Below are positions 33,531-43,656 of a DNA stretch of 64,000 bases, piece after piece. The notes beneath the pieces were generated by a model that ran no database searches, had not been told where the DNA came from, and worked only from the letters and a program-made list of their open reading frames with translations. The stretch's first letter is position 1; every line of letters begins with the position of its first letter. The translations under genes and the position numbers were made by a program. The stretch is from an uncultured delta proteobacterium (GTDB lineage: Bacteria > Desulfobacterota > Zymogenia > Zymogenales > Zymogenaceae): the NCBI GenBank assembly GCA_963735595.1, contig CAVTLK010000001.1, forward strand, positions 672,001-736,000, in the 5' to 3' direction.

Positions 33531-34402
33531 GGGATCATCCGGTATTCGGCCCGAAACGTGCGGTCTGCGATACGCCCGGAGATGCCGTCCTGTACCTCCG
33601 ACAGGAGGAAGCTCAACAGGGACGGCCTCTCTTTTTCAGGGTATATGACGTTTGGCTCGCCCTCTATTCCCGACAGCTCCGCTGCCTTATCTATTGCATC
33701 TTCCATATTACCGAGCCCGTCGATCAGCTTGAGTTTCAACGCCTGCTGCCCGGTGAGGATCCTGCCGTCGGCGATCTTGATTACCTCGCTCTCCGGCAGC
33801 TTCCTGCCTTCGGCTACGTCCTTGACGAACTGCTGAAAGATATTGTCGATATATTCCTGCAGGAATACCCGCTCCTCTTCGGTCATCGGACGCAGGGGAG
33901 AAAAGGTATCTTTGAACTTACCGCTCTTGATAACCACTCCCTTGATCCCGAGGTGATCGAGGGCCTCTTCAAGATTGAGCGTTTCGGCGATAACGCCGAT
34001 GCTCCCGGTGGTAGTGGCCGGATTTGCGTAGATGAAGTTCGCCGCCACCGCTATATAGTAGCCCCCGGACGCCGCAACGTCGCCCATGGAGACGACCAAT
34101 ACCTTTTCCTTGGCCAGTTTCTTGAGCTCTTCGTATATTTCCTGGGAGGAAGCGGCGCTGCCGCCGGGCGAATTGATCCTGAGCACCACTGCCGCGACAT
34201 TATCGTTATTCTTATATTCTTTGATCTTCTTGATAATCTCCTCGGAGTCGGCGATAACCCCCTTCACCTCGATTATTGCCACCGATTTTGAGAAGGGCGT
34301 AATCCCGGTCATTACGAAGGAGGCCATCGCCCAGATCCCCGCCACGATAATGACAAAGCATGCGAGGATCACCCCGATCACGATACCCTTATGCTTGACC
34401 AT
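33527..34402 (-). CDS. sppA: Signal peptide peptidase SppA (36K type)
   Basis: LRINSPGG, AASGGYY, TGSIGV, KSGKFKD; follows rpsA. Confidence 0.95.
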   Translation of the reverse strand: MVKHKGIVIGVILACFVIIVAGIWAMASFVMTGITPFSKSVAIIEVKGVIADSEEIIKKIKEYKNNDNVAAVVLRINSPGGSAASSQEIYEELKKLAKEKVLVVSMGDVAASGGYYIAVAANFIYANPATTTGSIGVIAETLNLEEALDHLGIKGVVIKSGKFKDTFSPLRPMTEEERVFLQEYIDNIFQQFVKDVAEGRKLPESEVIKIADGRILTGQQALKLKLIDGLGNMEDAIDKAAELSGIEGEPNVIYPEKERPSLLSFLLSEVQDGISGRIADRTFRAEYRMIP

Positions 34403-34509
34403 GCGACACCTCCCTGCTGTGCCCTATAAAACATACTGGTTCAGGCCGCGGCCTGAACCAGTAGTCATTCGATTATAGAGGATCATGGAATAAAAAAGGA
34501 TGTATGGGA

Positions 34510-36327
34510 TTACTCCTTGCTCTCCTCTTCTTCGTCCGCCGGTGCAGCTTCGGCCTCGGCATCCTCGAGCTTGGACCTGAGCACGTCCCCGAGATTGGGA
34601 GTGTGATTTTCCTGCTTCTTCAGGTATTCGGCGACACCGCCCTCATCCTGATCCTGATCGAGCGCCTTGATGGAAAGCCCGATCTTCTTTTCCGCCGGGT
34701 CGAGGTTTACCACAACCGCCTTGAGCTTATCCTTGACATTACAGAACTTGTGCGGATCGTCGACTCTCCCCTTTGCAAGCTCCGATACATGGATAAGGCC
34801 CTCGACATCGTCTTCCAGTTTCAGGAACACCCCAAAATTGGTAATGCTGACGACCTCGCCCTCAACCACCGTACCCGGCTGATACCGGGACGGTATTTCC
34901 TTTTTCCACGGATCCTCGGAAAGCTGTTTGATACCCAGTGAAAAGCGCTCGGCCTCGGGATCGACGTTGAGCACTACCGCCTCGACTTCCTGACCCCGTT
35001 TGTAGAGCTCGGCCGGATGTTTGACCTTGCGGATCCACGAAAGGTCGGATATATGCACAAGCCCATCCACCCCCTCTTCGGTCCCGATAAAAATACCGAA
35101 CTCCGTGACGTTCTTGACCGTTCCCTTGATGACGGTGCCGGGTTTGTATTTCTTGTCGATCATCTCCCAGGGGTTATCTTCGACCTGCTTGAGCCCGAGG
35201 GATATCCGCTTGTTGTCGGCGTCAACAGACAGCACCACCGCGTCCACCACGTCGCCGAGGGAGACCACCTGCGTTGGGCTCTTGATGTTTTTTGTCCAGG
35301 ACATCTCGGAGATATGGACAAGGCCTTCGATTCCCTCCTGGAGCTCCAGGAAGGCGCCGTAGTCGGTAAGGCTGACGACCTTGCCCTTGACGCGGTTTCC
35401 GGGGGCGTAGTTATTGGCCGCCGTATCCCACGGGTTGGGCTTAATCTGCTTCATGCCGAGAGATACGCGCTCTTTCTCCCGGTCGAACTTGAGCACCTTC
35501 ACCTGCACCTTATCGCCGATCCGCAACTGCTCGCTGGGATGGTTGACGCGGCCCCATGAGATGTCGGTTATGTGCAACAGTCCGTCGATCCCCCCCAGGT
35601 CGATAAAGGCGCCGTAGTCGGTGATGTTCTTGACCACGCCTTCCAGAACCATCCCCTCCTCGAGGACCTTGAGGGTCTCTACTTTCTGCTCCTCCCGCTC
35701 CTGCTCCAGGAGCGTCCGGCGTGAGAGCACGATATTTCCGCGTTTCCGGTTGAATTTCACGATCTTGAAACGGAATTTCTTGCCGAGAAGGGCATCGAGA
35801 TCCCTGACCGGATGGAGATCGATCTGCGAGCCGGGCAGAAACGCCTTCACTCCGATATCCACCACGAGGCCGCCCTTGATCTTGGCGACGATCTTTCCTT
35901 CAACGATCTCATTATCCTCACAGGCCTTTCTGATCTCCTCCCAGAGCATAAACTGTTCGGCCTTTTCTTTCGACAGGACGACCAATCCATTATCATTCTC
36001 GCTTTTTTCGATATACACGTCGACCTTGTCGCCCACGCGGACATCGTACTTGCCATCGATATCGGCAAACTCCTCGATGGGGATCTGCCCCTCGGACTTA
36101 TACCCCACATCGACGAGGACGTGATCCTTCGTCACCTGAACGACGGTTCCCTTGACGATCTCGTCTTCCTTGAGCCGTTCAAGGCTCTTGGCGTAGAGCG
36201 CCTCCATGTCGTTTTCGTCGTCGCTCGTCGCGGCGCCGAGATTCAGGCCGTCTTCCTCCGACCTGCCCTCGTCGGGCATCGGGAGGGCCGTCGGTTCAAA
36301 GGAATTCGTCTCCTCGTTCTTCATCAT
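34510..36327 (-). CDS. rpsA: 30S ribosomal protein S1
   Basis: Six S1 repeats (AFLPGSQ, DGLLHITD, EGLVHISE and others). Confidence 0.98.
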   Translation of the reverse strand: MMKNEETNSFEPTALPMPDEGRSEEDGLNLGAATSDDENDMEALYAKSLERLKEDEIVKGTVVQVTKDHVLVDVGYKSEGQIPIEEFADIDGKYDVRVGDKVDVYIEKSENDNGLVVLSKEKAEQFMLWEEIRKACEDNEIVEGKIVAKIKGGLVVDIGVKAFLPGSQIDLHPVRDLDALLGKKFRFKIVKFNRKRGNIVLSRRTLLEQEREEQKVETLKVLEEGMVLEGVVKNITDYGAFIDLGGIDGLLHITDISWGRVNHPSEQLRIGDKVQVKVLKFDREKERVSLGMKQIKPNPWDTAANNYAPGNRVKGKVVSLTDYGAFLELQEGIEGLVHISEMSWTKNIKSPTQVVSLGDVVDAVVLSVDADNKRISLGLKQVEDNPWEMIDKKYKPGTVIKGTVKNVTEFGIFIGTEEGVDGLVHISDLSWIRKVKHPAELYKRGQEVEAVVLNVDPEAERFSLGIKQLSEDPWKKEIPSRYQPGTVVEGEVVSITNFGVFLKLEDDVEGLIHVSELAKGRVDDPHKFCNVKDKLKAVVVNLDPAEKKIGLSIKALDQDQDEGGVAEYLKKQENHTPNLGDVLRSKLEDAEAEAAPADEEEESKE

Positions 36328-36436
36328 TCGCTAGTACCCCCTGGTTTTTTATTCTCGCGCCGCCGTTTAAGGCGGCCGTTGCTCACTAAAAACTCAAAAT
36401 TAGAACAATTTGTCGCTTTAGTCAAGATAAAAAAAC

Positions 36437-37093
36437 TCATATATTACGTATTTTTTTACGTATCTCTTCGACGACTTGCGGTATCGACAAGCGCGTAGTA
36501 TCGATAATAACGGCATCCTCGGCAGGTTTGAGCGGTGAGAGCTCCCGTTCGGAATCGTTTTTGTCCCGTTTTTCGATCTCCGCTACAACCGCGGTAAGGT
36601 TTGCCGATTCCCCCTTGTCAACCCGTTCGCGGTAGCGGCGCTCTCCGCGCACCTTCGGATCGGCCGTCAGAAAAAACTTCGCGTCCGCGTTCGGCAGGAC
36701 GACCGTACCGATATCGCGGCCCTCCATGACGACACCTCCCCCCTGCGCGGCCCCTCGCTGAAGGTCGATCATCGCTTTTCTCACTGAGGGACGGGCCGAT
36801 ACCGCCGAGGAGAGCCTGTCTATAAGCGGCGTGCGGATTGCTTCGGAAACGTCGCGGCCGTCCATGAAGAGCCGCTCCCCCTTGAACCGGAGCTCGATGG
36901 CATCGCAGATCTCGGCCAGGCCACGGTCGTCGGCAGGGTTTATGGAGCGCTCATGGGCGGCCAGGGCAACCGCCCGGTACATAGCCCCCGTATCGACGTA
37001 CGAAAGCCCGAGCTGATGGGCCAGCAGCCTGCTGATCGTGCTCTTGCCGGAGCCGGCCGGCCCGTCGATGACGATAGTGAGATCCTTCTTCAT
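36437..37093 (-). CDS. cmk: Cytidylate kinase
   Basis: IDGPAGSGKST, DTGAMYRA, EGRDIGTVV; true start is MKKDLT at 37093. Confidence 0.97.
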   Translation of the reverse strand: MKKDLTIVIDGPAGSGKSTISRLLAHQLGLSYVDTGAMYRAVALAAHERSINPADDRGLAEICDAIELRFKGERLFMDGRDVSEAIRTPLIDRLSSAVSARPSVRKAMIDLQRGAAQGGGVVMEGRDIGTVVLPNADAKFFLTADPKVRGERRYRERVDKGESANLTAVVAEIEKRDKNDSERELSPLKPAEDAVIIDTTRLSIPQVVEEIRKKIRNI

Positions 37094-37148
37094 GGATATG
37101 CCATACCATCTTGATATTTTACTTTCAGCGTAGCGTAAAAAGAAGACC

Positions 37149-37270
37149 TCACCACAAAGGCACAAAGGCACAAAGAAGAGGGCTTCTTTATATATGCTCA
37201 CTGACTACGTTCATTTAATGGAGCGGAGCTCTTCTATTGCTTGCTTTGTGTCTTCGTGTCTTTGTGGTGA
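37149..37270. repeat. Octamer-built inverted-repeat element, copy 1 (empty, 68-nt spacer)
   Basis: TCACCACAAAGGCACAAAGGCACAAAG (37149-37175) and CTTTGTGTCTTCGTGTCTTTGTGGTGA (37244-37270). Confidence 0.9.
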
Positions 37271-37330
37271 ATCCCTCTCTTCTCCTATTCCTGTTCCGCC
37301 GGAAGTAATATTCTCGAATGAACACGACTT

Positions 37331-38620
37331 CTATTTCGTTACCGAATCCAGCAAATCAAAGAATGATGGAAACGATGTCCCCACGCATTCGAGGTCGGTC
37401 ACCGTTACCCCCTCTTGGGACGCCAGGCCCGCCACCGCCGCGGACATCGCCGCCCGGTGATCGCCGAACGAGGCGACATTGCCCCCGGTGAGTCCCCCGG
37501 TACCCTCGATGACCATCCCGTCCGGCCGATCCTCCGCCTTTCCCCCGAGCGCCCGGAGGTTATCGCAGGTCGTCTTGATTCGGTTGGATTCCTTTACCGC
37601 CAACTCCCCCGCGTCGCGCACGGTTGTCGTCCCCGTCGCGGCGGCCGCCGCGACGCAGAAGACCGGGATCTCGTCGATCATCCGCGGGATGATCGGCCCG
37701 CCGATCTCGATTCCCGACAGCTCCGACGAACACACCACGAGGTCGGCCACCGGCTCCCCGGAGACCTCCCGCTCGTTTTCGGCGGATATGTCTCCGCCCA
37801 TTTTGACGAGCGCTTCTATGATCCCGGTGCGGCCGGGGTTCATCCCGACGTTTCGTATCGTCAGTTCGGAATCATGCGTGATGAGCGCCGCGACAATAAA
37901 AAAGGCCGCCGACGAGATATCACCGCTCACCTCGATATCCCGGGCCCGGTACGCCTCAAACGGCTCTAACACGAGGTAGTTCCCTTCGCGGGAAAGAGGA
38001 ACTCCCAAATATCGCATCATCCGCTCGGTATGGTCGCGGGATGCTTCCGGCTCCGAGACGCGTGTCTGGCCCCGGGCACACATCCCGGCCAGGAGAATCG
38101 CCGACTTCACCTGTGCCGAGCTGATCGGCAGGTCGTAGGTGATGCCCGCAAGATTACCCCCGGAAATTGCCAGCGGCGGATACTCTCCCCCGCGGCGCCC
38201 GAGGATGGAGGCCCCCATCTCGCGAAGCGGCGCCGTCACCCGGCGCATCGGCCGTTTCGTGAGGGACGCGTCTCCGGAGAGCACCGAAAAGAAGGGCCGG
38301 GCCGAAAGGAGGCCGGCCAGAAGGCGCATAGACGTGCCGGAGTTGCCGCAATCGAGGATCTCCTCCGGCTCGGTAAACCCGCGCATCCCCCTGCCCGTAA
38401 CAACTAGGGTCTTTCCGTCATCCGTGATTTCTGCGCCGAGGGCACGCATGATGTTGGCCGTCGCAAGGGTGTCGGCGGCCCGGAGGAAGTTGGTGATCCG
38501 CGTAGTGCCGTCGGCCTGAGCAGCAAAGATGACCGACCGATGGGAGATTGATTTATCGCCGGGGATGACGATCTCGCCGCGAAGGCCCGCGGCGGGCTGG
38601 ATGAATCGTTTGTTTTTCAC
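37331..38620 (-). CDS. aroA: EPSP synthase
   Basis: PGDKSISHR, GNSGTSMR, SAQVKS, RDHTERM, KESNR and DHR. Confidence 0.98.
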   Translation of the reverse strand: MKNKRFIQPAAGLRGEIVIPGDKSISHRSVIFAAQADGTTRITNFLRAADTLATANIMRALGAEITDDGKTLVVTGRGMRGFTEPEEILDCGNSGTSMRLLAGLLSARPFFSVLSGDASLTKRPMRRVTAPLREMGASILGRRGGEYPPLAISGGNLAGITYDLPISSAQVKSAILLAGMCARGQTRVSEPEASRDHTERMMRYLGVPLSREGNYLVLEPFEAYRARDIEVSGDISSAAFFIVAALITHDSELTIRNVGMNPGRTGIIEALVKMGGDISAENEREVSGEPVADLVVCSSELSGIEIGGPIIPRMIDEIPVFCVAAAAATGTTTVRDAGELAVKESNRIKTTCDNLRALGGKAEDRPDGMVIEGTGGLTGGNVASFGDHRAAMSAAVAGLASQEGVTVTDLECVGTSFPSFFDLLDSVTK

Positions 38621-38717
38621 TTATTCTTATATTAAACTATATAATGCATAAAAGTCTCGTTGGTATAAACGATATAAGGCTATTTATCTGCTTCTACTAT
38701 ATCCCAAAAGAGAATTC

Positions 38718-39227
38718 CACCACTAAGACACAAAGCCACAAAGGAGAAACCTTCTTATGAATAGTTAACTAGAGCACAATTCTTTTGATGCCGTCTTTTA
38801 TTTTCGGAACGTTGAAATTAATCAGAAGCCCGAGGCGCATGCCGGTTAGTTTTAGATACGTCAATAGCTGTGCTTCGTGCACGGGAATCATCTTATCAAC
38901 CGCCTTTATCTCCACATTCAGGAAATCATTTACGATAACATCGCACCTTAGTCCGGCGTCTAATTTTAGGCCATCATAAATTACGGGCAATGCTATCTGA
39001 TTCTTGAAGGAAATATTGCGCTTAGTTAACTCATGACAAAGACATACTTCGTAAACACCCTCAAGTAGGCCGGGACCAAGCCCGGAATGAACCTTATACG
39101 CAGCGTCTACGACCTCTCTGGCTGCTACCTCAGTTTCATACGTAATGGGCTCGTATATTTCCTTTCTCATCCGATTACCAGCTGAAACCTATTTTTCTCC
39201 TCTTTGTGTCTTTGTGCCTTTGTGGTG
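38718..39227. mobile_element. Inverted-repeat element copy 2 enclosing a GxxExxY gene (putative autonomous copy)
   Basis: Arms CACCACTAAGACACAAAGCCACAAAG (38718-38743) and CTTTGTGTCTTTGTGCCTTTGTGGTG (39202-39227); AT-rich interior. Mobility is inferred. Confidence 0.65.
38769..39170 (-). CDS. GxxExxY protein (PD-(D/E)XK nuclease superfamily)
   Basis: VHSGLGPGLLEGVYE, RCDVIV..VEIKAV, HEAQLLTYLK and GLLINFN. Confidence 0.95.
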   Translation of the reverse strand: MRKEIYEPITYETEVAAREVVDAAYKVHSGLGPGLLEGVYEVCLCHELTKRNISFKNQIALPVIYDGLKLDAGLRCDVIVNDFLNVEIKAVDKMIPVHEAQLLTYLKLTGMRLGLLINFNVPKIKDGIKRIVL

Positions 39228-39265
39228 AACCTCTCCCGTGCTTCGTTTACAATCCTAAAGATATT

Positions 39266-39399
39266 TCACCACTAAGACACAAAGGCACTAAGAGCTGCAA
39301 GACAAATTAATATAATCCTTGTTTGTGCCTTCTTATAGCTTGCCTATTTTCTAAGTTCTTTTAGCTTTTCCTCTTTGTGTCTTTGTGCCTTAGTGGTGA
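39266..39399. repeat. Octamer-built inverted-repeat element, copy 3 (empty, 76-nt AT-rich spacer)
   Basis: TCACCACTAAGACACAAAGGCACTAAGAG (39266-39294) and CTCTTTGTGTCTTTGTGCCTTAGTGGTGA (39371-39399). Confidence 0.9.
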
Positions 39400-39421
39400 G
39401 TATCCCCCGCGCTTCTTTGTC

Positions 39422-40435
39422 TTACGCCGTCCTTCCCACCGCCTCGGCCACCTTTCTTACCCGCTCCATCATGTCGGCAAACTTCTTTGGTTTCAGCGAC
39501 TGGTTGCCGTCGCTGACTGCCTTCTCCGGGTCGGTGTGAACTTCTACAAGAATTCCGTCGGCCCCCGCCGCGATCCCCGCCAGCGCCGTCGGCGTAACGA
39601 GGTCCCACCTGCCGGTGGCGTGGCTCGGATCGACGACGATAGGGAGATGCGTGAGGCCCTTGAGGACCGGAACCGCGTTTATGTCCAGGGTGTTTCTGGT
39701 CTCCGTCTCGAACGTGCGGATACCCCGCTCGCAGAGGATAATATTAATGTTCCCTTCGGAGGCAATGTATTCGGCCGACATCAGGAGCTCAAGTATCGTC
39801 GCGCTCATCCCGCGTTTGAGGATGATTGGTTTTTTTAGCTTGCCGACTTCCTTGAGGAGGTCGAAGTTCTGCATGTTGCGCGCCCCGATCTGTACGGCAT
39901 CGGCGTATTTGTCCACGAGTTCGGTATGCCGGATATTCATCAGCTCGGTGACCACCGGGAGTCCCGTCTCGTCACGTACCGCGGCAAGGTATTTGAGCCC
40001 CTCTTCTCCGAGCCCCTGGAACGAATAGGGGGACGTGCGCGGCTTGAACGCCCCGCCGCGAAGCACGGTGGCCCCCATCGCCTTTACCTCGCCGGCGATC
40101 TTCCGGAGGATATCGATCCCCTCAACCGCGCAGGGACCGGCGATCACCTGGATTTGCCGCCCCCCGATGGGGACTTTCCCGATGGTGACGACCGAGTCCT
40201 CCTTTTTGAAGTCGCGGCTGACAACCTTATACGGTTTGAGGATCGGGACGACCTTTTCGATACCGGGCAGCGTCTCAACCGGCAGCCCGCTGAGCTTCCG
40301 TTCGTCACCGATCGCGCCGACGATGGTGCGCTCCTCACCCCTAGAGACGTGAGGTTTGAGTCCCACCTCCGTAATACGATCGATGAGATGTTGAAGGTCC
40401 TGTTCACTGTGACCGGGTTTAAGGACAAATATCAT
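39422..40435 (-). CDS. aroF: DAHP synthase, type I-beta, with N-terminal regulatory domain
   Basis: [33 protein letters not shown] and DPSHATG. Confidence 0.96.
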   Translation of the reverse strand: MIFVLKPGHSEQDLQHLIDRITEVGLKPHVSRGEERTIVGAIGDERKLSGLPVETLPGIEKVVPILKPYKVVSRDFKKEDSVVTIGKVPIGGRQIQVIAGPCAVEGIDILRKIAGEVKAMGATVLRGGAFKPRTSPYSFQGLGEEGLKYLAAVRDETGLPVVTELMNIRHTELVDKYADAVQIGARNMQNFDLLKEVGKLKKPIILKRGMSATILELLMSAEYIASEGNINIILCERGIRTFETETRNTLDINAVPVLKGLTHLPIVVDPSHATGRWDLVTPTALAGIAAGADGILVEVHTDPEKAVSDGNQSLKPKKFADMMERVRKVAEAVGRTA

Positions 40436-40441
40436 GGCAGG

Positions 40442-41539
40442 CTATCCTTTGTTGAGCACTTTCTTGAGTGCCCTGGCTAATCGTTCGTTTTCCGCCATCG
40501 TTCCCACGGTGATTCGCTCGTGCGTCATCAAGCCGTAGGAGGCCATAGAGCGTACAATCACGCCCTCGCGGAGCATCGCCTGGTATACCTCATTGGCGGG
40601 TTTACCTACGTCCACAAGCACGAAGTTCGTCTGGGAAGGCACGTACGAGAGCCCCATCTCTTCGAACTGACCGTACAGGAAGGAAAGCCCCTCCCGCGTC
40701 ACCGAGAGTGTATTCTGGAGGAACTCCTCGTCGTCGAGGGCGGCGGTTGCCGCCGCCTGCGCCAGCGAATTGGTGTTGAAGGGCTGGCGCACCCGTTCCA
40801 GCAATGAGATGATCTCGGGGACGGCGATCCCGTAGCCCATCCGTATGCCCGAGAGGCCGTACGCCTTTGAGAACGTCCTCGCGGATAGGACCGGGTAGCC
40901 CTTCCTCATGAACGAGAAGAAATCGACCGCTTGACCGTCTGTGACAAATTCCCGGTAGGCCTCGTCCAGGACCACCAGCAGGTGATCGGGAAGCCCATTC
41001 ATGAACCGGGCGAAGGCGGCCTGGCTCACGACGGTCCCAACGGGGTTGTTGGGGCTGTCGATGAAGACGAGCCGCGTCCGCTTGGAGATCGCAGCCTTCA
41101 TCGCGTCCAGGTCGAAGTTCCAGTCCTTCAGGGGGATAATGACGTTTTTCCCGCCCACTGCCTGGTTGATGAGACGGTATACGATAAACGAGGGGTCTCC
41201 CATCACGACTTCGTCGCCCTCGCGCACCAGGAGGCGGATGAGGAACTCGATGATCTCGTTGCTCCCGTTTCCCACGATGAGGTGATCCGGCCCGACGCCG
41301 AGATGACTGGAGAGCCGTTCCTTCAGGTAGTAGCTGCTCCCGTCGGGGTAGCGGTGGAGGTCCTTGGCCCTCTTCTCGATAGCCGCCAGGGCCTTCGGGG
41401 AAGGTCCGAGGGGATTTTCGTTGGAGGCCAGCTTGATGGACCCCGTAATCCCAAGCTCCCGCTCGAGCTCCTCGATAGGTTTGCCGGGGGGATAGGGCGT
41501 GAGCGTCTTGATGTAGTCGGGAACGTACTTCGTAACCAT
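40442..41539 (-). CDS. hisC: Histidinol-phosphate / aromatic aminotransferase
   Basis: KLASNENPLG, GNGSNE, PNNPVG, DEAY and RTFSKAYGL. Confidence 0.95.
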   Translation of the reverse strand: MVTKYVPDYIKTLTPYPPGKPIEELERELGITGSIKLASNENPLGPSPKALAAIEKRAKDLHRYPDGSSYYLKERLSSHLGVGPDHLIVGNGSNEIIEFLIRLLVREGDEVVMGDPSFIVYRLINQAVGGKNVIIPLKDWNFDLDAMKAAISKRTRLVFIDSPNNPVGTVVSQAAFARFMNGLPDHLLVVLDEAYREFVTDGQAVDFFSFMRKGYPVLSARTFSKAYGLSGIRMGYGIAVPEIISLLERVRQPFNTNSLAQAAATAALDDEEFLQNTLSVTREGLSFLYGQFEEMGLSYVPSQTNFVLVDVGKPANEVYQAMLREGVIVRSMASYGLMTHERITVGTMAENERLARALKKVLNKG

Positions 41540-42630
41540 TATCCTCTCCTTGTCTCGCCGCGCGGATATGAGCCCAGCAGTCTGATGGAAGTGGTATATT
41601 TCTCTATTTTTTTAACCGCGGCTTTTACCTTTGGGTCTTCGATGTGTCCGACAAGATCAAGGAAGAAGACGTAATCCCAGAGCTCCCGCCGGGACGGCCG
41701 GGACTCGATCTTGGTCAGCGAGATGCCTTTGGCGGCAAGGGGCCCAAGTACCTTATTAAGGATGCCGGGACGATCCTTCACCGAGAAAAGGAGCGACGTC
41801 TTGTCGTTACCCGTGGGACCGGGGTGCCGGTCGGCGATAATCAGGAACCGGGTATAATTGTTGGTCATATCGCCTATGTCGTGCCGGACGGCGCACAGCT
41901 CGTAGAACTTCCCCGCCTCCTCCCCGGCCACGGCGGCCACCGTTGGGTCTTTTGAGGCTATCAGCGCCGCCTCCGAGTTGCTGCTGGTCTCGACCCGCTC
42001 TACCTTGGGCAGGTTATGCGCAAGCCAGCGCCGGGTCTGGGCCAAACCCTGCGGGTGAGAAAGGACCTTCTTGATGTCCTCCATCTTACCGCTCTGGTTC
42101 ATCAGGTCAAACGTTATCCGGAGTAATACCTCCCCCGTTATCCTGAGGGGCGTCTCGATGAACCGGTCAAGTGTGAGGCTCACGATGCCCTCGGTGGAGT
42201 TTTCTACGGGGACAACGCCGAAATCCGCCTCACGCCGTGCCACCGCCTCAAACACGTCATCGATGCCGGCCGACGCCAGGAACGATCCGTGGCGCGAGAA
42301 CTTGACCAGCGCGGCCTCGTAGGTGAAGCTGGCCGGGGGGCCCAGGTAGGCCACCCGTACGGGGGCCTGAACCGCGCGCGAGACGCCGATGACCTCCCGA
42401 TAGATCGAGCGCAGGTAATCGGGCGGCAGGTCTCCCCAGCGGGCCGTCAATCGCGCGTAGACCTCCTCTTCACGCGCGGCGTCCAGAATCGCCGTGCCGG
42501 TACGCCGTTTCTCATCTCCGATGCGTTTGGAGATATCGACACGCTCCCTCAGCAGCTCGACGATCTTTTCGTCCAGCGCGTCGATGGATGCGCGAAGCTT
42601 GCTAATATCGTTGTCTTTTGTCACTGACAC
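41539..42630 (-). CDS. pheA: Chorismate mutase/prephenate dehydratase (start approximate)
   Basis: LRASIDALD, YLGP..SFT, PVENSTEG, SHPQ, NYTRF and TKIESRPS. Confidence 0.96.
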   Translation of the reverse strand: MSVTKDNDISKLRASIDALDEKIVELLRERVDISKRIGDEKRRTGTAILDAAREEEVYARLTARWGDLPPDYLRSIYREVIGVSRAVQAPVRVAYLGPPASFTYEAALVKFSRHGSFLASAGIDDVFEAVARREADFGVVPVENSTEGIVSLTLDRFIETPLRITGEVLLRITFDLMNQSGKMEDIKKVLSHPQGLAQTRRWLAHNLPKVERVETSSNSEAALIASKDPTVAAVAGEEAGKFYELCAVRHDIGDMTNNYTRFLIIADRHPGPTGNDKTSLLFSVKDRPGILNKVLGPLAAKGISLTKIESRPSRRELWDYVFFLDLVGHIEDPKVKAAVKKIEKYTTSIRLLGSYPRGETRRG

Positions 42631-42801
42631 ACCGTTACGAATATCTGGAAATAATATCGGGAATTTGTATAAAATACAATTGATTTCTATGCCTTTGACA
42701 AAAAAACGCCGCGGCGCGGACGAGTGTCGTCTTGTCCGCGCCACGGCTTGTCTTCCATTACGGATCAGGCAAAACGCCGTTTTACGCCGCTGATGCCGAT
42801 G

Positions 42802-43575
42802 CTATTTTTTCGTCCACCGGTAGCCGCTCAACGCCCACAGCACCACGTTCGTCCCGTAAAATACCCATACGAGGCGGAACATGATCTCGGAGATGTTCCC
42901 CATGCCCAGGTTGTAGATCTCCCCGGCGATCTCGGTGGCAAACCAGCACGTCGCCGCGATGCCGACCATAACGGCGTTTACCCTGGGATAAAGACGGCAG
43001 CGCACCGTCTCCCACGCAAACCACATGGTGGTGCAAAAGAATGCCGTATAGATCGGGGCGATGGCGGCATGCCCCACCCTGACGATATCCGGCCATAGGA
43101 CAATAATGATAACGGTGGCACTGCCGAATATGAGAAGCGGCAGCCACAGGCTGGACGGCTTGAAGTTCTTCAGGTACGGGACTCCGTGGGCCAGCCGGAT
43201 GATCAGGAAGATATGGGCCGCTATGGAAAGCACCCCGCCGACCATAAAGACCCAGGACCCTACCGACAGCGACGAACTGACGACCACAACGCTCATCAGG
43301 ATATCCGTCGGCAGCATGCAGAGGAAAGCGGCAAGGAGGAGCCGCCGGTCTTTTGTTCCGAGGCGGTTCTTGCCGATCATCAGGACGAGCATCAATCCAA
43401 CCAGGGTGATGACGGGTTTGCCGATCGCGGGATAGAGGCTCCGGGTTCCATTGAAATAATCCATCCAATCCACACCGAAGATCGAACCTGCCAGGAGGAG
43501 AACCGCACCGACCAGCCCGAGCACCCACACTATCTTAGGGGGCGCGAGGACCTGATTGTCTTTCATTTTATTCAC
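42802..43575 (-). CDS. Multi-pass membrane protein, weakly YhhN/lysoplasmalogenase-like
   Basis: About 8 TM segments; KP..DIL..AHI..FATE pattern recalls YhhN. Confidence 0.6.
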   Translation of the reverse strand: MNKMKDNQVLAPPKIVWVLGLVGAVLLLAGSIFGVDWMDYFNGTRSLYPAIGKPVITLVGLMLVLMIGKNRLGTKDRRLLLAAFLCMLPTDILMSVVVVSSSLSVGSWVFMVGGVLSIAAHIFLIIRLAHGVPYLKNFKPSSLWLPLLIFGSATVIIIVLWPDIVRVGHAAIAPIYTAFFCTTMWFAWETVRCRLYPRVNAVMVGIAATCWFATEIAGEIYNLGMGNISEIMFRLVWVFYGTNVVLWALSGYRWTKK

Positions 43576-43656
43576 TCCTTATTCTACGGGTAGAACCCAT
43601 GGCTATGCTCAGTACACCGGATCGCCGCGATGATTACGATACTGCGCCGATGCACC

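Noticed and set aside
36437..37201. N-terminal extension of Cmk (MSIYKEALFFVPLCLCGE) and similar LCLCGE/LCLSGE ORFs
   Set aside because: These are translations of the inverted-repeat arms; the real start is 37093.
37149..39399. CACAAAG repeats as a CRISPR array or simple terminators
   Set aside because: They are inverted pairs, not direct repeats; there are no cas genes; loops of 68-460 nt do not fit intrinsic terminators.
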